A stretch of 63,686 nucleotides of DNA, filler included, from Licmophora abbreviata (taxonomy: Eukaryota): assembly GCA_900291995.1 (NCBI GenBank). It is 5 parts of 5 records of this genome, joined end to end, with 100 filler letters (N's around TTAATTAATTAA, not from the genome) between each part and the next. Parts side by side here need not be neighbours in the genome. Positions count along the whole stretch, not along the records: positions 44,812 to 50,714 come from OLMU01000395.1; positions 50,815 to 63,686 come from OLMU01000396.1; 3 more parts are not named here. One strand, given 5' to 3'. Numbering within the stretch: the stretch's first letter is position 1; every line of letters begins with the position of its first letter. The notes under the pieces are model-generated. The model was not told where the DNA came from. It searched no databases and saw only the letters and a program-made list of their open reading frames with translations. Positions 44,812-57,160 of this stretch are shown here, piece by piece. The position numbers and the translations under genes are program-made.

Positions 44812-45529
44812 GTCTCGCTGTGGCTTAACTCTTCCTCAGGTCGAGTGAGTCGAGTCGAGTACTGCTAGAAAAGACAGCGGTCGGCGGCCAGTTGTTGAGA
44901 TACCATCGGAAACATTTACATAAAGAGGATATTTTACGCAATGCGCGTCAACTACTGTTGTTGTTGTTGTTGCTGTAATAAACAGCAGGTGTTTTAAAAA
45001 ATATTCAAGTCTGTAGTAAATTTGTCGCGTCATTCAACGTGAGGGACGAGTCGTATGCAGCACTTCGTACAATTAAGTACTGTTTGCAAGATCGTCGTCC
45101 ACTGCGAAAAGAGACAATCGCGCCAGCGAAAAAGCGCTGGGGGAGTACGCAGTGTACCTGATGGTACCGCCGGGACAAACGCCAACACTCCAGTCATGCT
45201 TTAACACCCATCGGCGCAAAAACGAACCTTGGGGGTCACAAAAAGCAATCAGGTAAGACTGATGATGGTGTCGTCGCGTCAGAACAACGACAAGCAAAGG
45301 CAACGAGAGCGACGATGTCAGCCATTGCCGCTCGCCTCGATCATGGTGGAGAATCATTGCTCATTGCCTCACTGTTGCTTTTGATGTGCTGCTCTCCGTT
45401 TTCTCAGTTACTAGATTTCTGTCTTGCTGTTCAGCGGTGGCACGCAATAAGTTCCTTAGCTAGGGAGAGTGGCCGAATTCCCCGAAAACAAGGCCGTCGC
45501 ACCAGCCAGAAGTCGCCAATCGAGCGAAT

Positions 45530-48425
45530 ATGAGTTCGCCATCTTCTTCGTCTAGGGGGCGAGAAGAGGAGGCGACGAGTTCTCTTTCTAGTACGAGTAG
45601 CCGACGGTCGTCTGTGGATTTGGGGATTCACGACGACGAGTCCTCTGTAGTTGCCGAGAGAAACGCTCACGACAACGAGTCCTCTGTGGTTGCAATCGTC
45701 GACGAGAGAAACGCTTACGCTACTGAGCGCCATCCTCCTCCCCGGGCCGCGGGAGCAACAAGAACCGACCGTCAGGGACGCGAGACAATCAGACGGAGTG
45801 AGTTCGCGTCATTTTCTGGGGAAGACCAATCCTCGTCATTCCGACAAAGAGGATATCAAGAAGTGAACAACAACCCGGCAGACGCAGAGGGAAAAACGGA
45901 AATTGGCGCTTCAGCCAGATCTGAAGGAAACAACGACGCGGTCCATGGCTTCACTGAGGCTTCAACCTTCTACTCTGGCGATCGATCTATTGTCGAAGAA
46001 AAAGAACAAGCATTGGAAGGAACTTTAAGGTCCCTACGAGCCGTCGAAGAAGGACATGGAGGACGAGGCGTGGGAAGGCCTCTACCACAATCTGGAGCGC
46101 AAGGAGACGTTTCTCTGGGCATACCCTACGGATCATTATTGCTGTCAGCAGCTGTCCTCCAGCAGCAGCAGCAGCAAGATCGTCTTCTGCGTCTTGGTGT
46201 TGACACTAGTGCTCTCGCGAGCGTTGCGGCAACCGCCGCCGCGCTTGCTGGTCGTGCACCAGTCCCTCTAGCATTTTATTCTACACGGCCTGATCAGTTC
46301 TTTCATGATACGCTGGGGACTGCCATCCCGGGTGCCCACTCAACGGGTACAACATTGCAAAGAGAACTAGGCTCAGGAAATAGAACGGCGGGAATAGAAG
46401 GCTCGTCCGTCCTCCATCAGTACCTTCTCGAGCGTCATCATCCTCACTCACTCGTCGGTCTCGTCGATGCCGCTGTTCCATCACCTCTTCACCGCGAGGA
46501 CCTGGAGCGCAGCAGTCGCCAGATTCTTGACCTCCAACTACGTGGTGAAAGAGCTGCGAGTGGCGTAGGAAGTAGCAGTCCCTCTGGTGGCGAGTCCTCG
46601 TTGGCATCTTCGCTTCCTGGACGCGGCGCTTCGTCGCCAGAAGAGGGAGCACTTTCGTCGAGCCATTCTTCGACTTCTGTCCTGGCGGAATTGTTTCGTT
46701 CTTCGACCGCAGGACTCACAAGCCCACACCCAATATGGGGGTCGGTTGGCAGCAATATGCCAGTGCCACAGGCGACGGGAGCGGCTCGAAATCGTAGTAC
46801 CAGTAACTATGGCCTTCTTGCTCCGGCGGCGATGAGTGTTGGGGCTCGCACACTGCCACAGGCCGATCATTCTCTTCCTCTCCACCATAGCCCAGCGCTG
46901 TCGTTGATGCCACCTGCTCTTCCGAGAACTGAGGACTACAATTCTTCCCTAATGGGGCATAATCTGTTGCCGCGTGACATCACGGCTCCCCAACTGCAGG
47001 CTTCATCGCGGTATGGGCGTTTCTTCAACAGGGAATACAGCAACGATTCCTCACGGATTCTTGGTGGTCTTAATGAGGACGAGGCTCTTTTGTTTACCTA
47101 CCCAAGAGATGTCCTTGATCTTGGCACTTTGCCTCTCCCGTACGCTCCTGGTGGCCTGTCGTTAAGAGGGTTAGCAGGTGCCGACGGAAGAAACCTGCCC
47201 CCGATCCACAACTCTCCTCGCGTTGCGCTCACAAGAAATGACCCGATGATTAGTCAAGCGGGATTGGCAAGAGATCCTGCGAGCATCGGGGCCTCAAGTC
47301 GAAGTTTTCCTTTGCGTCAACTACAGGTGCTACCATCCGAGCCGCGGCATTTACCGCCATGTGAGGAAGGTCAAATTCAAGCATACCCACGACGAGAACG
47401 ATTTCCATTGTCTGGAGACGAAGACGAAAATTGGCTATCAGAATATCTCTGCTATGTTCGATCTGATCTCGTTGAAGTAGTTTCGTGCCAGTGAAACGTT
47501 TCGAGCTACTCGGGGGAATAGCACGAGAGTATCACCTCTACAAGTTGGCGTCCGATGTCCATTCTGCGCTCACTTGCCCGACAAAAAGCGAGCACCCCGA
47601 TCCTGTAGTTTCCCGTCAAGCACCAGTCGTATCTACCGAAGTGTGTATATGATGATACACGACCATTTTCCAAAGTGCCAAGCAATGCCGGAGTCCGCTA
47701 GAATTAAGCTTCAGAAGGTCAAGGATGCCGCTCGACAAGGCGCTGCAAAATCAATAGACTACTGGGAGGACTCCGCGCAAAAGCTCGGGATGGTGGACAC
47801 TCGGCATGGCATCTTGATGGCTCGGGATGTGAACGAGAATGACCTGCTAGTACATCGAGAAGAAATTCAAGCTAATTACTTTCCTCGAGGACAGTCTGCT
47901 AGAGCACCGCCCGCTGGTTATATGGGCAATGTGCCCAGCGCAGCAAGCCGCTTGACTTGGCCTGCAGACAGTGATCCACCTGACGCCGATATGTCACAAC
48001 CTCTTCTTGTGACAGATGATGACCAAAGCGTCGCCCCAGAATATCTCTTCGCACTGTTGAGCCAAGCCCGCCGCATCATTCTGACCACAAGCGAACGCGC
48101 TGGCAGGCGACGTAGCTTAGAGGCTGGATCTCCGGGATTTGGCTGTCGGTATTGTTTGGACAATAATAGATCCGGCGGCAACTGTCGATTCTTTCCCAAT
48201 CGCAAGCGAATTCTTCCGGACAAGCTCGAAGATCTCTATGATCATCTGCAACGATGCGCTCTCTGCCCACAAGAAGTGAAGTCAAGGCTAGAATCTCTGC
48301 AGGACCACGCCAAGGCCAGCCCATCTGAAGTTAGCAGAGATAGGGACTTTCTTGATCAAGTGTGGACTAGAATTCAGGGAGCAGGTGTCGGCAGACGCGA
48401 TCGAGGGAAGCGGCAGAAGCGTTGA
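45530..48425 (+). pseudogene. Low-complexity protein with two Cys/His-rich C-terminal domains, interrupted by a +1 frameshift at ~47480 (pseudogene or assembly error)
   Basis: Removing one base near 47480 gives ...LSEYLCYVRSDLVEV-FRASETF...QVGVRCPFCAHLPDKK, joining ORFs 45530..47494 and 47574..48425. Second domain is GFGCRYC...RFFP...HLQRCALCP. Confidence 0.7.
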
Positions 48426-48522
48426 TGAACGGTCGCGTCATGTTAGAACACTTTGATAATAATTGGTCAGTCGGCTGCTCCAACTAGGCTCGAGCGATAC
48501 AGGCGATACTCTAACTTCGTTG

Positions 48523-50640
48523 CTAAGCTCGATATCGCAGAGGGAGAAAGTCCATGCTGCGTTCTAGTAAGTCTGGATGGTCCTTCAGAAGACCAAGCAG
48601 CACATTCTTGAGGTTATTCACAGACGATGGGTCATGAAGGGCTTTCACGGCATTCGCGATCAGAACGAGCGCATCGGTACCAACGGTGGTCTGTATTTCT
48701 AACAGCACTTCTTTTGCAGCGCTTCGGCGCTGCTCAACAGCACCGATTACGGCGTTCGCACCGGTTTTCGACCTACGGCGTCGAAGCGGGAGTCAAGAAC
48801 GAAGCGCAGGTGAGCTCGCAGGCTGGATGCCATTCAAGAGAACACACGTGCGACTCGCCGAGCTTACCAGTCGCCAGGGTTCCCGTCGCTGTCCTTCGCC
48901 CACTTCTTGCGAGAATCATCGCGGGAAGAAACGATGGTCTCGTGGTATCGACGTTTCTCGATACAGTCCATCATCCGAATGGCCTGCTCGCGAGATTTTT
49001 CCTGGTAGCGGCGATATTGATCAGGAATCTTGAATCGATAATGATAGTCAACGATGTCTTTGTAGCTCTTGGAAGTCTCCACTATTTTCCGAATCGCTCT
49101 AAGTGATCCAGTGTGTCGTCGGAACCCACGGTCGAAGAGTTCCTTTTCAGCTTTCGTCCACACGGCAAGGAAATCGCGAGGGGACTCCGCTATGGCACTC
49201 AGCGCACTCTGCACGTCGAAATTCTTCTCCACCAGAATCGCCAAAATTGCATCGATGTTGCATTCTCGTGTGAGCTTGCTGTTTCTCGCGGAGACCAGAG
49301 AGGACCCAGTACTGACGCTGGACAGCGTCATTGGCTGGGGATAGGGATCGGTGTTGAGTCTGGCTTCCAACTTGGCCGACGGTAGAGGCGAGTACGGCTC
49401 TTGCGCCAACAGTCCATGTTCTTCCAGAAACGGCGTGAGAATGCCGGCAGCGCGAGCCAGATACTGGTCGTATTCCTCATCCGAAAAAGTTTCGTTTGGT
49501 TTCCACACCAGCACCGGTGAGCGAGAACAAACCGACTGTTTACCAGAATAGGGTGTTACTTGTACCTGGTGTTCAGGACCGACATTGATATGTCCCTTGG
49601 TCGTTGACCCTTCAGTCTCGGGTGCGCGATCCTGAGACGATGTACTCTCATCGCCGCTACTTTCGTCCGACGACATGCTCGACGCCGAAGACACATCTTG
49701 ACTTGTATTTTCCTTGCCTGGGTCGCCGTCCCTGGAGCGACCCGATGCCTTGCGTTTGATGCGTAGACTTTGGCGCGTGCCAGACTCATCCGTCTCTGCC
49801 ATGTTGGCATCATCCGACCAGTCTTCGTTTGGCCCATCGTGAGCCGTGACAATGGCCGTGCCAAGATTGGTTCGAAAGTTAATGCTGTATCTCGAGACAA
49901 AGGTATTTTCCGGGAGGGATGGAAGAGGCTCGGACGATGGACGACGTAACACGACACGACACTTGCCGATAATGGTACAAATGTCATTGTCGTCTGTCTG
50001 GTTGCTCAAGACCAAATCGCTGGGCGCCATGGCTGTCAAGAGCTGATTACGAGAAATGGCACCAGCGAAATCTCCATCCAAAGTTTCGACGTCGCGTTTC
50101 TTGACGGTAAAGAGCGACAGGACATGGCTGCTGTTAACACATCATGAACGAGTCGCTCGGACAGTGTTTCGAAATCGAATGACGTACCTTGAAGTACCAC
50201 CGCAAGTTCATTCTGGTGACCGACTCCATACGTTTCTTTTTCTTGGGAGGTGCTCCCTCCCACATGCGTTCGACCCGAGCAACGAAAGCGTCGTCCAACG
50301 AAATGGCGGCGTCTCCCGACAAGGAACTGCCATCGGGAAGGAGAAACACCGAGTCTCCAATGCATACATGGTAGGAACTTCCATCCAGCGCAGTGACTTC
50401 GAGTGTCGTATGATTGACCGATCCATCAGGCAAGGGTTTTCCAGGACCGATGAAGCGATAGGCCTGGCGGTGCTCGGAAAAACTCTTCGAACTCTTCTTT
50501 TCGGTTTCGCTGGTTCGGGGCTTCTTATTGGCGCGTACTCGGAGTAGCGCAGCAACCAACGGGGACGCATTAGACGGCGTGGCTCTCCGTTTAGAAGCTC
50601 GTCGACGAAGAGACCTAGACTCTTCTTCTGACATTTTCAA
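48523..50640 (-). CDS. Chromatin protein with BAH-like, ELM2, SANT and C-terminal PAH-like domains; two introns
   Basis: CIGDSVFL..FVARVERMWE..RWYF..IIGKCRV (BAH); INVGPEHQV..LVWKP (ELM2); WTKAEKELFDRGF..DIVDYHY (SANT); LLKDHPDLLE..DFLP (PAH-like). Confidence 0.75.
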
Positions 50641-50714
50641 AAGCAGCTTTGATTCGTTAGTAAAGCAAGATACGCGGAAGGGAAAGAAGCGCCGGTAGCA
50701 GAGGTTTCACGATG

Positions 50715-50814
50715 NNNNNNNNNNNNNNNNNNNNNNNNNNNNNNNNNNNNNNNNNNNNTTAATTAATTAANNNNNNNNNNNNNNNNNNNNNNNNNNNNNN
50801 NNNNNNNNNNNNNN
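50715..50814. other. Artificial contig spacer
   Basis: N44-TTAATTAATTAA-N44. Confidence 0.97.
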
Positions 50815-51028
50815 CCCCTAACTCAAGCTAGTAGCTAGGTACCTTTTCTCTTATCTATCAACTGTGTTGTGTCGCGATAGGAGCCGACGCGGTAAGCTTG
50901 ACGAGAGCTCGATCGTGCATAGCTTCTATGTTGGCACCAGTCACGATCGTTAGTCGCGATCTTTATACCTCCTGAACGCTGGCTCTACAGCAATGAACTT
51001 TCACCTCAAAGTCAACGAATAGAATCCC

Positions 51029-51417
51029 CTACTTTCGTTTGTGCTTCTTCTGGTCCAAATATCGATTCAAGAAATGAAGCGTTGTGGGCTTCTTCCGTCT
51101 CTGCTCTTGCTCTTCCTTCGCCATACATTCGTCGTAGTCTCTAATGTACTTGTAGATTGTCTGTGTCCGAAAGTTGGGTGCCGCTGCTTCGAGGGCGTCA
51201 AAGATCTTCATGGTTTCATTCTGACACATGGCCTTCTTTCTTCGTCCTTGCTGTACCACGATAGGATATTGAGACAAAGGTGAGATTCAGGAAGGATTTG
51301 TTAGACACGCAGGATGCTGCGGCAGTAATATGATATATAACCAGGATGACATTGCGCTCCACTCACCCGCGCGGCAATTCTCATGTGTTCGAGCGTCACC
51401 CGAGGTACTTTGGACAT
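51029..51417 (-). CDS. Small basic protein (~90 aa), possibly mitoribosomal mS37-like; intron 51366-51251
   Basis: GTGAGT...GTACAG splicing gives MSKVPRVTLEHMRIAARQGRRKKAMCQNE...DECMAK...PTTLHFLNRY; resemblance to mS37 is weak. Confidence 0.5.
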
Positions 51418-51924
51418 GGTTTTATTTTTTGTCGGCTCGTTGGTAGGAGTTCTTGGTGCTCTTAGGCGGCTCTGGAAGAAGCAACAACACCAGCAACACA
51501 ATGTCGAACAGCTTGTATATTATGACGTGAGGTCGAGCACCGCACACATTGAACACATTCATGGCGGCGGCGGCGTCGTCGCTGTCGAGTGTCTCTGAGC
51601 TCGAGAGTGACGGGGGCGACATTCCCGATTCCCTCATGAGTCGAATGAGTCCAAGCATCTTCAATTCGAAACGTCGCCGCGCGCGTCCCAAAACCCAAAT
51701 CGCTGATCTCCAACCGGCGTCGAAGGACCATGAGACAAACTGGTACGGTTGGATGAGAAATGCGAAAAAGAACAGCACGTGTTGCCATAGCAGAGCCCTG
51801 CTATTGCTGTGGAAGAATCAATTCAAAAAATAGTGGAAAATCCAACATCAAAAAAGGAGTGTTGAGTATTCGCTTTCTCAGATTGGCGGAGAACGAATAG
51901 ACAAGGCAAGACATCACATATTGA

Positions 51925-53037
51925 ATGTCGAGTCCTTCGCCAGAACAAATGGGCAACGGGTCTGAATCAAATGCCCATTTTGATTCTACGCTACTTAGGC
52001 TACTGATGGCGCCGTCACTAGACCGACTGAATATTTCTCCGATCCGAAAGGGGTGGAGCAGATATTGCGAGTTTGTACAACAAAATCAGGGAGTCTTAAG
52101 TCTCGTCGATCAGGCCGTCTCGACCTTGCTGTTCTGGGCTCCGTACTCATCGTCGTCGAGGAATCGAGAATTATTGTACGGACTCTTGTCGGTCCACCAC
52201 ATGCTGGTCGATACGGCTCTTGAAGCGGAGAACGAGAGGAATTCGTACGGTACCTCCGTGCATCCCAACACAGATCCCCTGGTTCCAGCCAACGGTATCA
52301 GGCGACTCCTTACTCTGACGCACAATCTCTTGCCAGCAGTGTTGGAGTTCTCGTCGCAGTCAACTCGAGCGCGTCTGTATCTGGAGCGAGGAAAATTTGC
52401 ATTGCGGATGATTTTGCTCGTCTCCTATTGGAGACAGCTTTATTACGATTCCAACGGAACAGCTGATAAGGTGGTGGGACTTCTCCGTCGCGGTGGAATG
52501 TACTATCCTGAACTCCCAAACGCATTCATTCCAACAGTGGAGGATCAGCAACATCGTGTCCAACGCACTCGCTACGTGGGACGACGGACGGGACGCCGTG
52601 TAGTGACCGAAAGTACCACCGACACGTGCTGCACTACACCGAAAAACATGTGGCTGCGGCTCGTTGTGGGAGAGATCTTGCACTGCTACCGTCCTTTGTT
52701 TTGGGCAAATACTGAAGATAGGAGTCATCGAAGCTCAAAAGCGATCCACTGGAAGTCCTGGCTGGTGGCTGTTACAATGGACCTGGTTTCGTTGCAGTGT
52801 CTGGAGGGTATGGGAACGAACGATAATCCATGGGGAAAGGCTGAGTGGAATCGACGGCGACTGAAACTTTTGCTGTATCTGCTTCGATCCCCAGCGTGGG
52901 ATCGGGGTGTGTTTCCAGTGGTGGATCGGATTGCGACTGCGATCGAGCGAGTACCAGTGCTTGGAGGAGTTGCTAGCTCGTATCCACGAGAATGGCTTAT
53001 TCACTGGAAGCATCCATTATTTGCAGAAGAGGATTGA
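51925..53037 (+). CDS. PEX16: Peroxisomal membrane biogenesis protein PEX16
   Basis: Y..FV..N, ELLYGLL, GEILHCYRPL, WKSWLVAV.MDLVS, EWNRR..LLLYLLRSPAWD, VPVLG. Confidence 0.85.
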   Translation: MSSPSPEQMGNGSESNAHFDSTLLRLLMAPSLDRLNISPIRKGWSRYCEFVQQNQGVLSLVDQAVSTLLFWAPYSSSSRNRELLYGLLSVHHMLVDTALEAENERNSYGTSVHPNTDPLVPANGIRRLLTLTHNLLPAVLEFSSQSTRARLYLERGKFALRMILLVSYWRQLYYDSNGTADKVVGLLRRGGMYYPELPNAFIPTVEDQQHRVQRTRYVGRRTGRRVVTESTTDTCCTTPKNMWLRLVVGEILHCYRPLFWANTEDRSHRSSKAIHWKSWLVAVTMDLVSLQCLEGMGTNDNPWGKAEWNRRRLKLLLYLLRSPAWDRGVFPVVDRIATAIERVPVLGGVASSYPREWLIHWKHPLFAEED

Positions 53038-53067
53038 ATTCCCAAATGTCTACTCGCCTCTTGCACA

Positions 53068-56000
53068 TCAAGGACGCTCGTTATTTTCACTGCAGCTTGA
53101 ATCATCCGAAGACGAATCTTCGCTTGAAGAATCGGAGTCGGTTCCGGAACTTAGGCTTGAGGCGGTGTCACTGCCATCAACGTCAGTTGGAAGATGTTTG
53201 CCATCTTCTGCTTTTCTCTCCGTAATGTGGCAGGTGTTGTCGATTTGGGCGTTTTTAGATTCCTGTGTGAGCTCTTCGTGAGGCGACTCTCTAAGCAAGT
53301 ATTTCATAGCTTGAATTTCTTCTGGAGTCGTGGAAGTCTTGCAGCTCACGCGGAGTCCCTGAAACAAAGGTTGCAAGGACATTGCCGTGAGGGGAAATGC
53401 ACAAATATCAATGGTTATTCCACGATACACTTACCTGCAGCTGGAGGCACCATTCCTTCATGTTTTCGTCGCCTACAGTTTCCTTGATCTGCATGAAATG
53501 AGTTCCGATTTCAGTAAGCTTGTCCGACGCTCTCTTTAGAACCGACTGCGGTACCGGGGGTCGGACAAGGCTGAGTGATCCATCAGGAAGCTTTGCATCG
53601 ACATAATTTCTTATTTTCTTGGCCTGCACATCAGAAACGATAGGCGAGATAATGGATGTGAAAAATTTGATTGTTGCGTCCGATACCATATATCCAACAA
53701 AGAAGGACTCTCTGCTGACGTACCGTGCTGATCACATCGGCAGGCCAACCACATGACAACGCCATATCGACTCCGTAATCGGAAGCAATCGTACACGGTC
53801 CAGGCAAAATCTTGTGAGTGTAAGTCAGTTCACCATCACCGCTACCAGCTCCCATGTGTTGATTCTGAACTGCAGAGTACGCTTCGCCTAGTTTCGTGAG
53901 CTGGGGGTAATGGGTGACGAAGAAGGTCATGGCTTGCTGCAATATCAAATGTTCAGCGACGGCCCAGGCGATGGCGACTCCGTCTTCATTGCTCGTTGCA
54001 CGGCCAAGTTCGTCGACCAGTATGAGGGATCTGGGTGTCGCCTTGTTGCAGATAAATGCAGCCTCTTTCATCTCGAGCATGAATGTGGAAATGTTATGCT
54101 CTGTGGAATGTGGAAGCAAGCGTCGGATGTAAGAGCAGTATGCAGAGGAAAAAGGGACAGCGGGACAAGCTTACCTTGATCGTCGGCTGTTCCAATGCGA
54201 GTGCATAGTCTATCTCTGATCTAGAGAAATAAAGTGAGAGCGATGGGTTGAGAGGCTTGAGATACTCCTTCGCTCTGCCGCTTGGTGTCCGACAGAGCTA
54301 TAAAGTCGAGCTACGTACCGGAATGATCGCTTCTTCCGCCGGAACGTAGCTTCCGCAGTGCCCCAATACGACAATGATGGCCAGTTGTTTGAGATATGTG
54401 CTCTTCCCACTGCCGTTGACCCCAGTTATCACCGTGAAATGCTTTGACTGCGTGGCGTACGTGTCGTTGGGAATGAAATCGTCTGAAACTGATGTGGGGT
54501 CATTGCGCGATGCGGCCACGCCAGTGCTGGATACTTCGATCCCATATCTTCCACTTCGAATGCGCAGTTCTCCTTCCTGCGGGGCAATTGCTGATGATGC
54601 AGGAGATCGAGGAGTCACCCCGACTGCTGGACGGCACCACGAACGTCGGCTGCTTGCGACGTTGTCAGCAAAGCAGTGACACATGTCGAGGAGAGCGATG
54701 GCGTCCGACAGAGATGCTAGGACATCATAATGAGATCTGGCAACATCGAGAACTTCTTGAATGCGATCATGTGTCATGATAAGCAAATCTCGGACGTTGT
54801 CTTGCGACCGGCTATTCAGACTGTGCACCTGCGAAGAAAGAATGAAAGCAACATTTCTTCAGAATTGGATCACCTCAATTTTTTCATATCCGATGGAACA
54901 TTCTACGTACCTCCTCCGTGGTGCAGTGAATGGTGCGCCCTGATCGAACAGGCTGAATAAAGACTTGCGGGAGCTCAGACGCGAGATCTGCAGGAATGGA
55001 GAGATAGTACCCACGAGCGACGTTCTCTTTTACGCTGACATTGATTCCATGTGTTTCGGCGTACTCGTCGGCCAAACGGTAAATGTCATCCACGTTCGCG
55101 AGAAATGCCTTTCGTAGAACATCCATCATACCGTCCGTCTTTGGCTTTAGCGCGAAGCACTCCTGGTGGCGCATGGCATGTGCGTTGCGAGTGTAGGACG
55201 TACTCTCTGTAAAGATACCAGTGACAGCTGAAAGTACTGCGGCATACTGTGGTTGCTCCATCGTGATGAGAATGGCACGCAAAAGGTGATTGCGGAGCAG
55301 CGGCTGGCCTGTTGTCGAGCCAGCTCCAAGTCCAACCATCAAGCTACTTCTACGCGTGGAGGCTGACATGTTGTCATCCATGGTAAGGTCATCTCGACGA
55401 CTCTGTTGCATTGGCGTAGTCGATCTGTCTCGCAGCTCGAGGGTCTTGAGCTGATCCTGAAGTGCACGAGCCAGTGCGGGTATTGCACTGAGCATAGTCT
55501 TGATACAGACCAACGCAGAAATACCTCTGCTGGCGTTTCGGGCTGTCACGGGCTGCTCGTCCCGGCGCTTTCCCTTCTTCCATGGTACCAAAGCAATATT
55601 GGTCAGCATCTTGTTGACGTCCGGAAGACCTTCCAGGTGCTCCATGACGGTGTAGAAGAACTGCTCGTCGCCCAGAAGCGTGTCGACGAGATCCAGTCGA
55701 CAATGGATGGTGTCAACCTGTGTCGGCGGTGCCATGAGATTGGTTCGAAGGAGGCGGCTGCCCACGGTCGTTTTGGTAAAGTCGATGGTCCCAATGAGCG
55801 ATTTCGCTGTCTTGCCCGTCTTGGCATTCGCCAAGAGCTCCAAATGAAGAAGTGACGAGCGATCTATAGTCATGCGATTGTTGCCGCCCGTGTTAATGGT
55901 GAGATCGAGGCAACCTTTCGAAAAGTTGGCCCCGAGACAGAGCTGCGTGTACTGCAAGACGGCATGCGCCGAGGAGAGTAAAATGTACTCGTCCACGTAG

Positions 56001-56872
56001 GACGCATCGTACGTATCCGATCGGGCGATCCGACGAAGGAGTTCCGCTCCCTTGGTCTGGTCAAAGTACGCACGTGGTACGAACTTGACGACCGTCGAAG
56101 TTGAGCAGGCGTCCTGACTACTGTTGGGTTCTTCATCTTCCTCGACTTGAAGAGTAGCTGCATCCAGTGCGGCGGTAGACGAGGCTCCAAAGACGCGTGT
56201 CCGTCGCGAAGCCCCATTCACGTGGTTCGTGCTTCGCTTGTTTCGGTCGCTGTCCAGAGGATTCTCCATCGTCTGAGGAACGCGATAGAGAGCAAGCACT
56301 TTCTTGGCTAGCTGAGAATGACGACGACCCTCGTTTAAGAGGACTTCGTCCGGCTGTAGAACTTCCAAATACGCCAGTGTCTCGGCGTACGTCTGCCCGT
56401 TCCCTTGCTTGGTCACTGTGAGAGATACTGGCGAGCCCGCATCGAGCGACGCCACGCATGTTTCCTTGGCGAGATTCTCCGAAATGGCGCATACAATATG
56501 CACTGCAGCAACTGCCGGAACGTGGGATTTCTTCTTGTTGAACCGAGACGATGCAGCGGATGCGATGGATCGTCGGGCGCTGCTTGCGTAGGGATTTGCG
56601 TTGCTGTTGGTGGATCGTGCGGACTTGATGGAAGCGGTTGCCTTGTCGCCACGAGGAAAGAGGCGCTTGCGAGGTAGTCGACTGATGCTGCTAGACGCTG
56701 TCGTTGGTCTGTTTCCGCCGTACACTCCAGCATTGCTCGTCTCTTCTTGTTTGTCGTCAGCAGTAGCGCTTGCCTCCAAGCCAAAGCCACTACGGCCACC
56801 TCCAAGGGCAACGCGGGCTTCGAGGCCGCCGCCATGACCGAGATGACTCTTGCGTTTGATCGAGCGACTCAT
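53068..56872 (-). CDS. MSH4: Meiotic MutS homolog 4 (multi-exon, about 5 introns)
   Basis: No mismatch-binding domain [56 protein letters not shown]. 3' exon boundaries approximate. Confidence 0.88.
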
Positions 56873-57160
56873 CGTGGTGATGGAATGGGAAAGTAGTGAG
56901 AGGAAGGCGATCCTAATCTGTGTTTCGCGCGCCAAAAAGGAACGAGCGAGGTTCGCAAATGACGTCATCTGGTGTTTGACCCGCCGGCGGCTCTGTCAGC
57001 CTGCATAATTTCGATCGACAATGATGCGAATCCGCTCTTCACGTCTTGACTACAGCCGCACCCGATCGCTCCTGTAAACTACCTCTTCACCCTAAATAAG
57101 AGCTTTTCGCGTCGGACTGAAACAAAAAGTGAAATCTCTACTAGTTACTAAGAACTGAGA

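Noticed and set aside
44954..44975. (TGT)n microsatellite; also (CAG)n at ~46159-46176
   Set aside because: Short, ordinary simple repeats; the latter encodes a poly-Gln run.
27377..50640. HDAC and ELM2-SANT genes as a cluster
   Set aside because: They lie on different contigs separated by spacers, and the deacetylase is not class I-like.
23002..50814. TTAATTAATTAA palindrome repeated four times within N runs
   Set aside because: Fixed 44N-12-44N format; an artificial six-frame-stop contig linker, not a biological repeat or CRISPR.
51422..51833. Overlapping ~100-aa ORFs on both strands between the small basic gene and PEX16
   Set aside because: No recognisable motifs and the coding strand cannot be chosen; lies in a divergent promoter region.
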